Origin: Peribolospora baueri
Lineage: Eukaryota
NCBI GenBank assembly: GCA_029717555.1
Contig: JAMDHS010000086.1
Coordinates: 1-64,000, forward strand
Direction of reading: 5' to 3'
DNA length: 64,000 bases
The number at the start of each line of letters is the position of its first letter. The first letter of the stretch is position 1. A program made the translations under genes and the position numbers. This document shows, in pieces, positions 51,604 through 64,000 of the stretch. The notes beneath the pieces are model-generated. The model did no database searches and was not told the DNA's origin. It worked only from the letters and a program-made list of their open reading frames with translations.

Positions 51604-54498
51604 TCAGGCACTCGCACCCTCAGCCGCGGAAGCCACAGAAGCAGGGGCAACAGAGTCCGAACGCCTCGTGCCATTGCTACTTGTGTCATCTGGTTTTCTA
51701 GAGGGTGCGAAGTACTGTGAGAAAGTGTTTTGCGATACGAAAGTGGGGAGGGGGCGCATGTCACCGTCATCAGCAAGCGAAAATGTGTAAGAGTAAATCG
51801 GCGAGGGTCGAATTAGAGCGAACGGCCTGTCGTGCCGGAAGTCGACCAGAATCCGAGGGGACTCACTCTCGTTCGAAATTCGCCGGGAAGGTCGGCGTCG
51901 CCAGGTAAGGGTACGGATGGCGGCAGGCAGTTTATCTGCGACCAGGTGTGGACTGTCTTTTCCATGGTAATGAGCTGTCGAGAATCGGAGGAAAAAGGAA
52001 AGGAAGAGCAGAAAAAAATGGAGAGGGGATGTATCGATAATCAGTCTATGAGAATCGCGCCGGCAGGAGCTTATCAAGCTACACTTACCCTTCGACCCCA
52101 CTTTCCGAAATCCTGCAAGCTCTGGTTAACGATCCTCAGTCCGTCCTTCACGGGAGCTTCAAAAACTTCATTGTCTTCAGAGATGGTGGGCAGCCAGAAA
52201 ACCAGTCTGCCTCCTGGGCGGAGAAGATAGAGGGCGTAGTCGAGGAGATCGGGGATGAGCTGGGAGAGGTGGTAAGGTCGTGTTGGAGGTACGTAGTCTT
52301 GTTTCCTGTGTGAAGAAAGAGAGGTAACGCGAGGATGCTGCTTGAATGTTTTCTTCATAGCTGAAAGTTTCGAATGATTGCGAGAATGACAAGGAAAGAA
52401 ACTCACACGTGTGCAAGGGTACCGTCATCAAGTACGACTGCTTCTTCCCGGTGCTTGCTGGGGTCCTTCTTGCCTAATCGCTTTGCGCCTGCTCGCACTC
52501 CGTACGGAGCTGAGGAAGGAATGACGATCCTGTGAACATCATAATCGGATGACCGGGACGACGACCAAGCGCAGTGGTCTACGGTACTGACGATCGGTGA
52601 CGATAGCATCGACGAAGCCGCCCGTTCGCCAGGGGTGGTGCGTCACGTCGAAGACGAGACAATTGAGGATACGGGCAGTAAGACCATACTGTCGCGCTGA
52701 AGCTCGAATTCCCGAGTCTTTCCCGCCTGGACGCCGTCAAGTGAATGTGAGCACGTCAGGACCAATGACACGTGAACTCGTCAGATCCCTTTTCGTTCGG
52801 AATCGACTTGTGATCATAGATCAACGATATGAGAGGAGTGATTCCCGTACTCACCATCTTTCCCGCGCATCGTCCGGCCGTCGATGTCACTGCCGAAGAC
52901 CATTGCGCCCGTCTTTGCACACGCGTACAGCATACTGCCGGTGCCCGCAAAGGGGTCGTAAATCAACTTCCCCGGCCCGGCCTAGCAAGATCGAAATATC
53001 GAATCGGCGTGCGAGTTAGCCCGTTGAACCTTCAACCCAGCCAAACAAATCTCACGACAAGACCGCGACCACTTTCATGTCGGTACAAAGTCTGAGCCGT
53101 CATGCTCAGCCCGTGGATATTTACCAGAGCTTGATTGGCCATGAGGAGAGAAAGTTCGGCGTCCATGCTAGTGTTGCCAATATATGCTCGCTTCTTCAGG
53201 TTGAAATCCTCAACGAGGTATCGAGCGGAGTCACAGATCTAAACGAAGAGAGAACGCAGAGAGGAGTGAGAATGCCGTAAATAAGCTCGTCTGGGGCGCC
53301 AAGGCCTCACCAGGCTTGGTCAACCTTATCGCGTGACACTTGGATCGATCTGACACTCACCTTGCGGCCCAACCATATCCTTCGAAACCGTGGACTGCTC
53401 TCGCCGTCGTCGTTCAGATCCATCGACGGACCTTCCGGAACGATCGCATTGGCCAAAGCCTTGGACTTCCCCTTGAGATCCACATTCCTAGTAGGCTCGA
53501 CTGCCTCCTTGACTGAAGAGCAGTTCTGCTCCTCTCGCGCATCCAACTCAGGCCCTGCACTCGCCCGTGCCGCCTCCATCTCAGCACGCATAGCCTGTAA
53601 TCCCGACCATTTGTACTCCTCGAACACGCCCCACTCCACATCCGGCAGGCTGGCACTCTCAGCCTCCTGCTGCCTCTTCTTGTTCCTTCCAGTGTTCGAG
53701 GAGGGAGCAGAAGGTCCAAGGACGACGGGGCCTTCGAAGGCCATATAGGAGAACGAGTCGATGACCTGAACTATGCGCGGTTTTGGGATTGTGTGGTTGT
53801 AGGCCGAGATGGTGGCGCGCCAGGAGTTCTGCGGAGGTTGGTAGCGAGCCTAGATCGGAGAAGAGTGTGAGCTTGCCGGGAAGGGCACAGCTTCGAACTA
53901 AGGCGCAGGGGTCGCGCAGAGATCTTGGAGCTCGTCCTGGGCAATGGAGTGCCCAGAAATAGAAGCGATGACTAGCCCAACTCACCCAATTGGAAGATGC
54001 CGCCTTGTTGAGCTCGTGTACCTCTGCGTATGAGCGCCCGTCGGCCCAGTACTCCCAGACCGACCTGATCAATATACCTCGGCTCCCGAGCTTTCTCGCC
54101 TCTTCATCTCCTCGAAGCCAAACTACCATGAAAGGACGCTGTAGAGGAAAAGACAGCCGATCAGACAGCCGGAAAAGCAGGAAGGGGCTGCTCTGACGCA
54201 AGTACGACCGTATGACTCTGTAGCTATTACACACCGTGACATCCGGCTCGCCTTGCCATCGCACCTCAATGCCATGGTATGCTGCCAAGGCCTGGAGCTC
54301 GGGTATCCGAAATTCTTCGTGGGCTGTCGATCCATAATCGTACTGGATCAACCGGCGCCCGACTCGGAACTCAGAAAGTCGAAGAGATCTGCCGGGCGAA
54401 AGGTTGACGTACTCACCCTGAGCGAAGACGAGAAAATATCGCTTCCACCCTTCCTCTTCGAGGGGAGGCATTTGCTCTGAGTAGTTCACGGATGACAT
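51604..54498 (-). CDS. TRM11: tRNA (guanine-10-N2)-methyltransferase Trm11
   Basis: HEEFRIPELQALA, YIGNTSMDAELSLLMANQAL, IYDPFAGTGS, GSDIDG, DAIVTD|PPYGVRAG and LRPGGRLVFWLP. Confidence 0.92.
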
Positions 54499-54863
54499 CA
54501 ATCGGCTCCCTGACCTTCGGTTTCAGGAAGCGGCTCGACCCTTCCCTTTTCCTTCTCGCGTGAGCAGGTCGACGTCGATCTTCCACTTGGACTTGGCGAC
54601 ACCTGATCCCTAGATGACTGCGGCAAGGCCTTCTCACGGGCTGAAGCATCCGGCCTAGGCTAGCTCCACCGAAGAAGACCGACCTCGAGACGACCACGAC
54701 GGCCAGGCGGAGAGACTAGCGACGACGACGACGAGAGACGACAGGAACAACAACAGCAGCAGCAAACAACAACCACTCACGGTCTTTACTCCTCACGAAC
54801 GCCCCACACGCCTTCCTCCTTTATCACTCTGCCTCCCTCTTCATCCCGTTCCATTCCGCCAAG

Positions 54864-56169
<1,306 letters not shown>

Positions 56170-57229
56170 GTGGCGCAAGGCAGCATTGTCGTTGGACCTT
56201 TATGCTCTACCCCTCATCGCCAGACCTAGCCTCCCCCGCCGACTTTCCTCTTCTCTGCCGTACGCCCCTCTCCCTAGTGCTTCCGGTCTCCCTCGCCATG
56301 CTGTCTCGTCGTGAGGCATCCTAGGCAACGTCGATATCCTGCTGGCGCAGCTTTCTTGCCCAACGAGCTTGGCTTGTCGCCGTCCCCGCTCCTTCTCCTG
56401 TCTCTCTTTCCCTCCTTTCCTGTCTCCCTTCTATTCTGCTCGCACGCCTTTCCCGTCCGCTAACCCGTGGTCATGACGCGACACCCCTCTTGTCCTTCCA
56501 ATGGCGACAAACTGCGCCCGATCGTATACCACCTCTCTCGTCTTTCCTTATTTTTTCTGCTTTCATTCTTATCCGTCCTTCCCTCTCGAGGCTCATTTTC
56601 TTCCTTCACTGTCATTTACTTAATTTCCCTTCCCTTAACCTCCGACAAGCCCGTTCTACTGCCCACCTACTTCACTCGATTCCGCGTGAAACCCCTCGCC
56701 GTACCCGTGTCATTTTCGCACGTTCGGTCATTCCACCCCTGTCTCCCACGGGGCGGCGGTCCTGTCCTCACCGCGCCCCCTTCTCCCACCCGCGCCGAGC
56801 ATTTCCATCTCGTCTTCCACTTTGGTGTCCATATTTTCCTGCCCCATCTCTTTCTTTCATCATCAACCGATCTATCGACGTGCTGGTATGTGTGAGAGAG
56901 AGAGACAGAGATTCCATCCATTTTGGTTCCGCTCTTCAGCACTCAGGACCCAAACAGTCGAGGCTCATTTCCTCTCCCAAGAGCGGCCAAGCAGTCAAAC
57001 AAAAAAACCAACGAACGGGGAAAAAGCGGTCCATGATACCTCATTAACTATGGGCCACCGAAGGTATTTCGTGGACGATGCGATGCGGCATCGGGAGGGA
57101 CCAATGGAGGAGAGCGGCATTGTACAGCATCGCTTCACGATATAGTCGGATGAGGACACGATATAGGCCGATGGTAGAATGCAAAAGGGATGAGGGAGGA
57201 CGGGAGAGGAAGGGACCCTGCATCGTCGT

Positions 57230-58348
57230 TCAGTACTTCTTCGGCTTCTCGCTAGGGAGGGCGACGGCGGTGGGGTGGCCGGCGATGGTCGTCGTCCTCG
57301 TCACGGTGGTGAGCTTGACGTTTACAGCCTTGGAGAGGGGATAAGCGGGAATGGGTACGGTGACGTTCTTCTGCTCGAGAACGCGCGGCGAGGGCAACGG
57401 GTAGGGCAGGGGGGGGACGGGCGTGCCGACGCCGACAAAGTTGGCCGCCTTGATCTCTTCGGCCGTCCTTGGAGGAGGCACGAACCACGAGTTCCTGTAC
57501 GTCGGATTGCCCATCCTGTCTGCCGTGCCATCCAGGTAACTGGTGATATTGCCGCACGCGATCCGCTTCCGGTGCGAAGATCACAGGGTGAGTCGTCGTG
57601 GGTCGTGAGAAGAGACCAATGGAGAGAGAGACATCGCAAGCGTCAGCCACCTCGGATCCTCACGCGTCGCCTACCACGCCTGATAGTCAAGTCACACGAG
57701 ACTCTCACCGTCTTGTCGGCGTAATGGATCGTGATCGACCGGCCGAGGAGGGACGCCGAAGGGGGGAACCAGCGAAGGTACTCGTCCGTGACAGTGAATG
57801 GCTTGATCGAACCCGACCTGGTGCCTTTAAGCTTTCCATGCTTGCCTGACAAGTCACCCTCCTGGCAGAACTCCGGCAGCTCCGGATTACACGCCAGCAT
57901 CTCGCCCACCTTGAGCGGATCGAGATGGGCGAGCGTGCTCGTGCAGGCTGTGTCGCCAGGAGCGACGGGAACGGTGTGAATGTGCCAGAGGTACTGGGCT
58001 GTTGTGGAGAGCGAATGCGCAGGAGGACCCAGAGGGGCAGGGGTGGGACGTCAGGGACACCACCGAACCTGTCAGAGAAGGAGAAAGATATTTGCTCTGC
58101 TCACAACTCTTGGCGAGGGTCAGACCCGAGTCGACCTTGACCGTGATCTCCGTCGGACTGCCGTCCTCCCTTCCAGAGAAAGATATAAAGGCCTTAACGT
58201 TGTCAACGCCAGTGATCTCGGCGCTTGCGAAGAGCTTCTGACCGGCGAACGGCAGCTTTCCGTCTCGGCTCCACCCCAAGCGGCGATCGGGGACGGCCAT
58301 GGTGGCCGAGACGAGGAGTAGAGGAAAGAGAGAAGCGATGAGGTGCAT
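57230..58348 (-). CDS. Secreted Cu/Zn-SOD-family superoxide dismutase, Cu-only (SOD5-like) type
   Basis: Signal-peptide-like MHLIASLFPLLLVSATMA; WHIH, AHLDP, CQEGDLSGKHG, GRSITIH..RIACGNI. Confidence 0.85.
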
Positions 58349-59285
58349 TTTTTTGTTGAGGTGGAGGTAAGTAGTTGGAAGACGAGAAGAAACTTCGAAC
58401 ATGAAGGTGAGAGCATGTCCTCTTTTGTACCGTCCAGAAGGCGGCCCACCATGTTTCTGTCTCCCGTTGGGGGGATATGGGATCGAAAGCGTGCTCGACA
58501 GCACCTCGATCGTGAAAGGAAGGGGTGGCTGTCCGCTCATCGACGTCTGTGCCGAATCCGTTCGCGCAGGACGCTATCCACACCACCGACTCAGCCCCAC
58601 ACATCGTCGGCCCACATGGTCATGAGCCAAGCCAGCTTGCAATACGGTAGCACGAGCACGAGCATGGGCGGGCGCCGGATGTCATAACGTGGTCTTGATC
58701 AGATCATAGAGATATGACCAGATGGGCCTCCGAAAATACGACGGCAAGCGCTGATGCTAGAAGAGGTGGTGGTGCAAAATGAAATGGATTTGTCGTCCGG
58801 TTCACAGCCATGACCGCATGTTGCATAAACACGAGAAGCGATTCGTCGCTCGAGGTGTGTAAGAGGTGGATTTAGAGCTTGAGTGAGATAGATTCCACAC
58901 GATGCGCGTGTTCGACGAGATAGCCGGACGCGGGGCCGGGCGATATGGCGATGGAGGCCCGCCAGCTGAGGTAAGCCAGAGGCCTTTTCGCTCACCGCCC
59001 ATCGGTCCAAAGCCGACTTGGTCCGTGCGAAAGCGGCGACGACTGATTCACTCCAGCTCGTTCGCCGAGCGGACGAACAAAACCCGAAGCATCTGCCGCA
59101 GACGGGCGTACCTATGTCGGTCTGTGCGCAACGGAAGCGTCCACGTATTGCACGGGAGAGGCGTGACGAGGGACGAGCACCGCCCCCGTCCAATACACTT
59201 GCCAAAGGCATAGGAAGTTATGAGCGCCGACGACGGTCACGATCGCAACCACAATGCGTATATGTATTACCACGGCCATGCAGAG

Positions 59286-59347
59286 TCACGTGCATGCACT
59301 GCTTGTAACCCTAATCTGGAAGGCGACGCGCCCGAACGCGAAACGCG
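59286..59347. promoter_or_regulatory. Cluster of E-box (TCACGTG), TAACCCTAA and three ACGCG (MCB/SCB-like) motifs upstream of DUO1
   Basis: TCACGTG 59286-92; TAACCCTAA 59306-14; ACGCG at 59326, 59336 and 59343; CGCGAAA 59337-43. Confidence 0.5.
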
Positions 59348-59480
59348 CCTCCGGTCATTTACCTTCACCTCGCCGGCGGTGAGTGGCAGGCACTCTCAGC
59401 GTCAGGAACTCAAGTCGGGACTCCCTGTTGGTTGGACGAACGAGGGCGAGTGTTCTTTTGCACCCATTCATACCATCCAC

Positions 59481-60680
59481 ATGGACGGACCAGCAGCAAC
59501 GACAGGGTTCGGGTCCAGCACAGGACCGGGGGCGGGACCAGGAGCTTCGACGTCAAGCGGCCCCGGTGCTGGCTCCAGCGTGAGCTCGAACCCAGGCGCG
59601 CCAGCATCGGAGAGCGAAGAGACGATAGCCAGGCAAGCGCAACAACTTCGCAGAATGAACGCAGTTTTCGAGACGTACGAGACGATGTTGAGGAGTGCAG
59701 CTGGTCAGATTGACGTGAGTCTTTGGCGGGGTCGACCGGTCGACCGCCGGTCTGTCGCTCCATCGGACGAGTTTGCTTCTCTGGTCGATTCCCATCTTTC
59801 CTCCGTCCGCCTTCGCGCTCACTTGTCCGCCTTCCTCTTCTCCTGCCTTGCCTTGGCATTCCTCCCACGTTCCCACTCGCCCTGTCCCTCTTCCCCTCAC
59901 CGCAGCTCTTTTCCCGACGAGTACAAGACACGAATGCTCTCTTGGACGTGTACGTCTCCCTTCTCCGACAGACGGACAGGACGCAGCTGTTGCTGCTCGA
60001 TCCGCAGTGGAAGGGCTTCACTGAGGTAGCTTGTCATCTCGCCTCCGTGTCCTGTAGCCTATTAGATCGCGCTTTGACCTGACCTTCTATCTGACGGCTT
60101 TCTGACATACTCGTCCCTCGTCTCCTCTCTCGTGCCCATATTTCTCTTTTCTCTCTTTTCCCCATCTATAGGACACGAGTCTCCTTGCGCTGGAGGAAGA
60201 GCTTCGCCAACGAGAAGAGGCAGAACGAGCACGCGTGGAAGCTGAACGACGGGCAGCGGCAGAGGCGGCGGCAGCAGAGGCTGCAGAGGCGGAGAGGCGG
60301 CGGAAGGAAAAAGAGCGGACTGTGAAGGAGAGGCCGGCTGCGAGCGGTGTGAGAGGGGCTGGACGGGGTACCAGGGCCCGGGGCAGAGGGACGACGTCCG
60401 GGAGGGGCGCGCCGGTGGTCAGAGGTACGAGAGTCATGCCAGGCGTGGGAGGCGGCGCTTCGAGGGGACGAGGAAGTAAGTCCAAGCTTGTCGTTTTTCT
60501 CTCTGTGCCTTCTCCGTTGACCCACCCGTCTCATCTTTCGGCCCGGTCCAGCATCTCGTCTCCCCGTCGCACAGCAGCGCACCAGTGGATCTCGTGAGAC
60601 AGGTCGTTCGTCCCGATAAGCGTACACTTTGGTTTACTGCATACCCATCGCTTCCCACGCGCGTACTAGAAGAGGAGTAA
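59481..60680 (+). CDS. DUO1: DASH/Dam1 kinetochore complex subunit Duo1
   Basis: QLRRMNAVFETY..|..VQDTNALLDVYVSLLRQTDRTQLLLLDPQWKG Duo1-like motif, then a charged coiled coil and RG-rich tail. Final exon inferred. Confidence 0.75.
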
Positions 60681-60887
60681 TGGACCGTCGGCATTCACCA
60701 CACTGAATCAGTCCGGTTCGACGATGGGCCGACGCCACAAGCGCTACGTTGATATCACGTACTATACTCGCCAGCGGTCAGGTGGCATCTAAGGGTGAAG
60801 GAAAGACCCGCTGGACGGGTCATACAATAAACGTGCAGACGAGCCAAGTCGAAAGCGTCCCGATGCGAGATGCGCCTCTGTTGATGT

Positions 60888-63263
60888 TCATCCTCCGAAT
60901 CTGGCCAACCGTCTCCTCCTCATCTCCTCTGGCGACGGAGTGTCTGCCTCGTCATCTTCCTCCTCTTCCTCGGTCGTCTTCTTATCTTGCGCCTCCACAG
61001 CAGCGGCAGCCTCGCTGGCGGCTTTCCTCGCCGCCGCCTCCGCCGCTGCCTTGGCCTCGACCTGCCTGGAGGCGGAGCGCGAGATGTAGGGAACAGGGTC
61101 GCGAGGGGGGAGGCTCGACCCTGGGCTCCAGCCTCCGGTCTCGCCTAGCGCGGCCGCACCACTGTCCCCGCCGGGCATGTCGACCAAAGATGCTCTTAAG
61201 GCCGCCTGGAGCTCCGCGTCCTCGTCGTCGTAGTCTCTATTGGGCCCGGCTAGAGCGCTTAGGTGTGTCTCCCAACCGCTCTGAACGCCAGCGTTGCTTC
61301 CCTGATGGTCGTGACCAGCGCCTGAGCCCGTTCGGTTGCTCGCATGGCCCTCCTCGTAGTCTGAGGCAATTTCCTCGTCTCCGCCATCGCCGAAGAGGTC
61401 GTCCAGATCGTGGCTCCTCGTCCCAGCAGCCCCCCGGCCGTTGCCTCCTTCTCCTTCGTCGTCCAACACGAATGTGCCATCCCTATCCTCCCTTTCCGCA
61501 CGGCGATTCCGTCTACTTTGTCCGGGTCCCGACGAGGGACCAGTAGCGAAAAGCTGCCCATCCGGCCCGTCTTCTTCGAGTTCGAGCCTTTCGGGGAGGG
61601 AAGGAGGGGGCTGCGGATCTCGTCTCCGCCTACGGGCGGGAGGACTGTCACGCAAGAGGACGTCATCCTCGTCACTGTCGCTTAGTTGGATCACTCCACC
61701 TTCACCGCCGTGCCCTCGACGCCTTCTGCTCGTCCCTACTCCCACCCCCGCAGACGTGCTCCGTGCTCCTCCTCCATCACGCCCATACACCGCATCTGGA
61801 TCATCGCCCATCGCGATCTCTTGCCTAGAAGCCGTCTGCCGTTGTCCAGCCCACGAAGCCTCGGTCTCCTCTTCATGGGAATTCGCCGATGGAGCGTCAG
61901 CCAACGATGCCCGGAGGGCGGCCTCGAGGTGGCGGGCCTCCTCATCCGGCGAACTGTAATCGAATCCACTCCCTCCCGGTACATTGATGGTGGAAGGCCG
62001 GAGACCCATGGCGTTCGCGTTTGACACGGCGACGTCGGAAGACCCGTTGGCGGCTAAGATAGATTCCGAAAGGGATGGTAGAGCGGCGGCGATGTCGTCT
62101 GCAGTGCTCCAAGGGAGAGTGGAGGAGGAGTTCTGGGACCGGACGACGAAAATGGAATATCCTGGTAGACGGCGACTCGCCCCAAATGAGATCGCAGACT
62201 ATGTGCAGGCCGCTCCCGCCGGGTAGAATAAAGACAAACTCACCTTCCTTCTCTGCCTGCTGCAAAAGAGCTCCCAAATAATTCTTTCCGACCCACTGAG
62301 GCTTCTCTAAGAAAGAGTTGAGGTTGAAGAATAAGTTGGGGTTATTGCCGAACCGGCGAATCGTGAACCAGTGGCTTTGGAAGTTGAGTACGAAGGCGTG
62401 CTGGTCCTCAGGGGCGGACTGGGACGCCTCGAACCGCCAGCGCGGGAGGCTCAACGCCCATACTTCGAGAGCTACTTCGATGACATTGAGAGAGAAGAAG
62501 CCTGCCTCCCGGAAGAACGAAAGGCAGATTCAAATCAATGACAGTGCAACAGAGAAACGGGGCCGAAGGGGAAGGACGGAGCGTCACTCACCGCTATCAT
62601 CCATATTCAGAGACTGCTCGTCTCGAGAACGAAAAGCCTCATCGTCAAGTTGAGCTTGCTCGAGTTTGTCCAAATTCCTCGCGATCTCGCTGCGAGATGC
62701 ATGTGTCGACGAGCACAATATCAGACGCGAGATGGCAGAGTGGAACGAGAGTTCCAATTCCAAGCCAATCAGCATACTCACGACAATTGGGAGGCATCGT
62801 AGTACTGTCCCTCTAAAGCCACGAAAGTATTCAAATCAGACGGTGAGCGTTTTCACAGATGCGTGCCGACGGAACACACAGCAGCAAAGACGGCCCACGC
62901 CCTCTTCCTTTCACGGACTCACGCAAAAGAGAGTTCAGGCAATGCCTTGTAGAGACCGATGAGAGTAGTAAAATCCAGAGCAACATATGCGCGTCGTCAG
63001 CTTCAACAGACAAGAGGGGCGTCATGCAATTTGGATCTCCGGTCGTGATTGCCAAGACTCACTGTGCGCAGAGCATACTCCCCGGCTCCTGCCGCTCTGA
63101 GCGAGAAGACAATCAAGCAGCAAGACATCCAACGGAAAGCGTTAGCTCAACCCGTCTATGAATCCCTTTCTCCTTCCCTCGTCGGTGCAAAACAAGCCCC
63201 AGCGCTGAGACTCAAGCGCCGCTCCTCACCGAAATGGATGTGAGGCACCAATCTGTCCGCCAT
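60888..63263 (-). CDS. ATXN3: Ataxin-3-like Josephin-domain deubiquitinase with UIMs
   Basis: IHFERQEPGSMLCAQHCLNSLLQG (catalytic Cys), NMDDSGFFS, SHWFTIRRF (His), FNLNS (Asn); UIMs EARHLEAALRASL and EDAELQAALRASL; ends EEMRRRRLARFGG*. Confidence 0.9.
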
Positions 63264-63636
63264 GACGAGCCGACGTGCGCGCGGAAGCGCACAGATGTAT
63301 TGCTATGCTCGTCTCGTCCCTTATGGACTCGAGGGCGCTTTTTTTCGCCTTGATCGTTGTCGGTGGTCGTGGCCGTTGCTTGTCGCAGTCGTTCTCGACA
63401 CCCTTGATGAGAGTGATCGGATCGGACGTCACTCGCGCCCACGTGATAGGCTTGCTGCGGTAGTGGTGTCATGGCGGCGCGGATCCTACGATCGAACCAC
63501 GGCAGGCCGTCGGCAGTCACGACTGGCGTTCTTCCAAGCACCGGACAGCAACGCCTCGCCATCTTCTTTTTCATCGGCCCCATTCATCTCCTTTCCGGCG
63601 TCAAGAGCAGAATAAGAACGCACGGCGCAACGTGGA

Positions 63637-64000
63637 ATGGCCAGGCCAGCAGTGATGCGCCGTTTGCGCGCTTTGATCTACACACCCCTCTTCCTCGCCC
63701 TTCTCCAAACCCAGCTCGCGCTCGCCTCGTTCGACTGCAAGTTCTCTACGGGGGGGAACACGTACGACCTCACCCCTCTCCATCTCGCTACCATCGAGCG
63801 AAAGGAGTTCACGCCCCCAACGACCACTGTAACCTCTTACACTGTATCTCTCTGCTCGTCCATTCCACATGACGGCACATTGTCGGACGTGGATCAGTGT
63901 CCGGACGGAACAAGGGTGTGCATGGTGGTGAAAAATCAGAAGGAGGGAACGAAGGAAGATAGGGTTATCAGCGTTGTTCCCATCGCCGGGGACTTGGACG
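63637..64000 (+). CDS. ATG27: Atg27-like (M6PR/MRH-domain) membrane protein, 5' part, truncated by window end
   Basis: Signal peptide MARPAVMRRLRALIYTPLFLALLQTQLALA, then FDC..NTYDLTPL..TPPT..SLC..DQCPDGTRVC..DRVISVVPIA. Confidence 0.75.
   Translation, partial: MARPAVMRRLRALIYTPLFLALLQTQLALASFDCKFSTGGNTYDLTPLHLATIERKEFTPPTTTVTSYTVSLCSSIPHDGTLSDVDQCPDGTRVCMVVKNQKEGTKEDRVISVVPIAGDLD

Overview
Eukaryotic, intron-rich (GT-AG) fungal genomic DNA. It is most likely a basidiomycete, and the SOD and Pex5 features suggest Pucciniomycotina (inference). About 20 protein-coding genes were assembled by manually joining exons: BRE1, PEX5, an RCC1-repeat protein, RSC7/SWP82-like, an SFT1/BET1-like SNARE, SEC61, a JEN1-like transporter, an SH3+TBC Rab-GAP, a Zn2Cys6 transcription factor, a GNAT acetyltransferase, TRM7, RPC11, an inositol 5-phosphatase, RPC34, TRM11, ARF6, a secreted Cu-only-type SOD, DUO1, ataxin-3 and partial ATG27. 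CDS coordinates span first to last codon including introns, and some termini are approximate. Most notable: (1) a 12-kb block with two RNA Pol III subunits and two tRNA methyltransferases; (2) strict head-to-head pairing of 16 of the 20 genes; (3) a composite at 32.4-33.2 kb of a perfect 62-bp inverted repeat, a (CTGGR)14 array, a Ty3/gypsy protease remnant and a TTAGGG insert between 12-bp direct repeats; (4) a probable 3-nt microexon just before the Zn2Cys6 motif. No rRNA, tRNA or CRISPR array was recognised.
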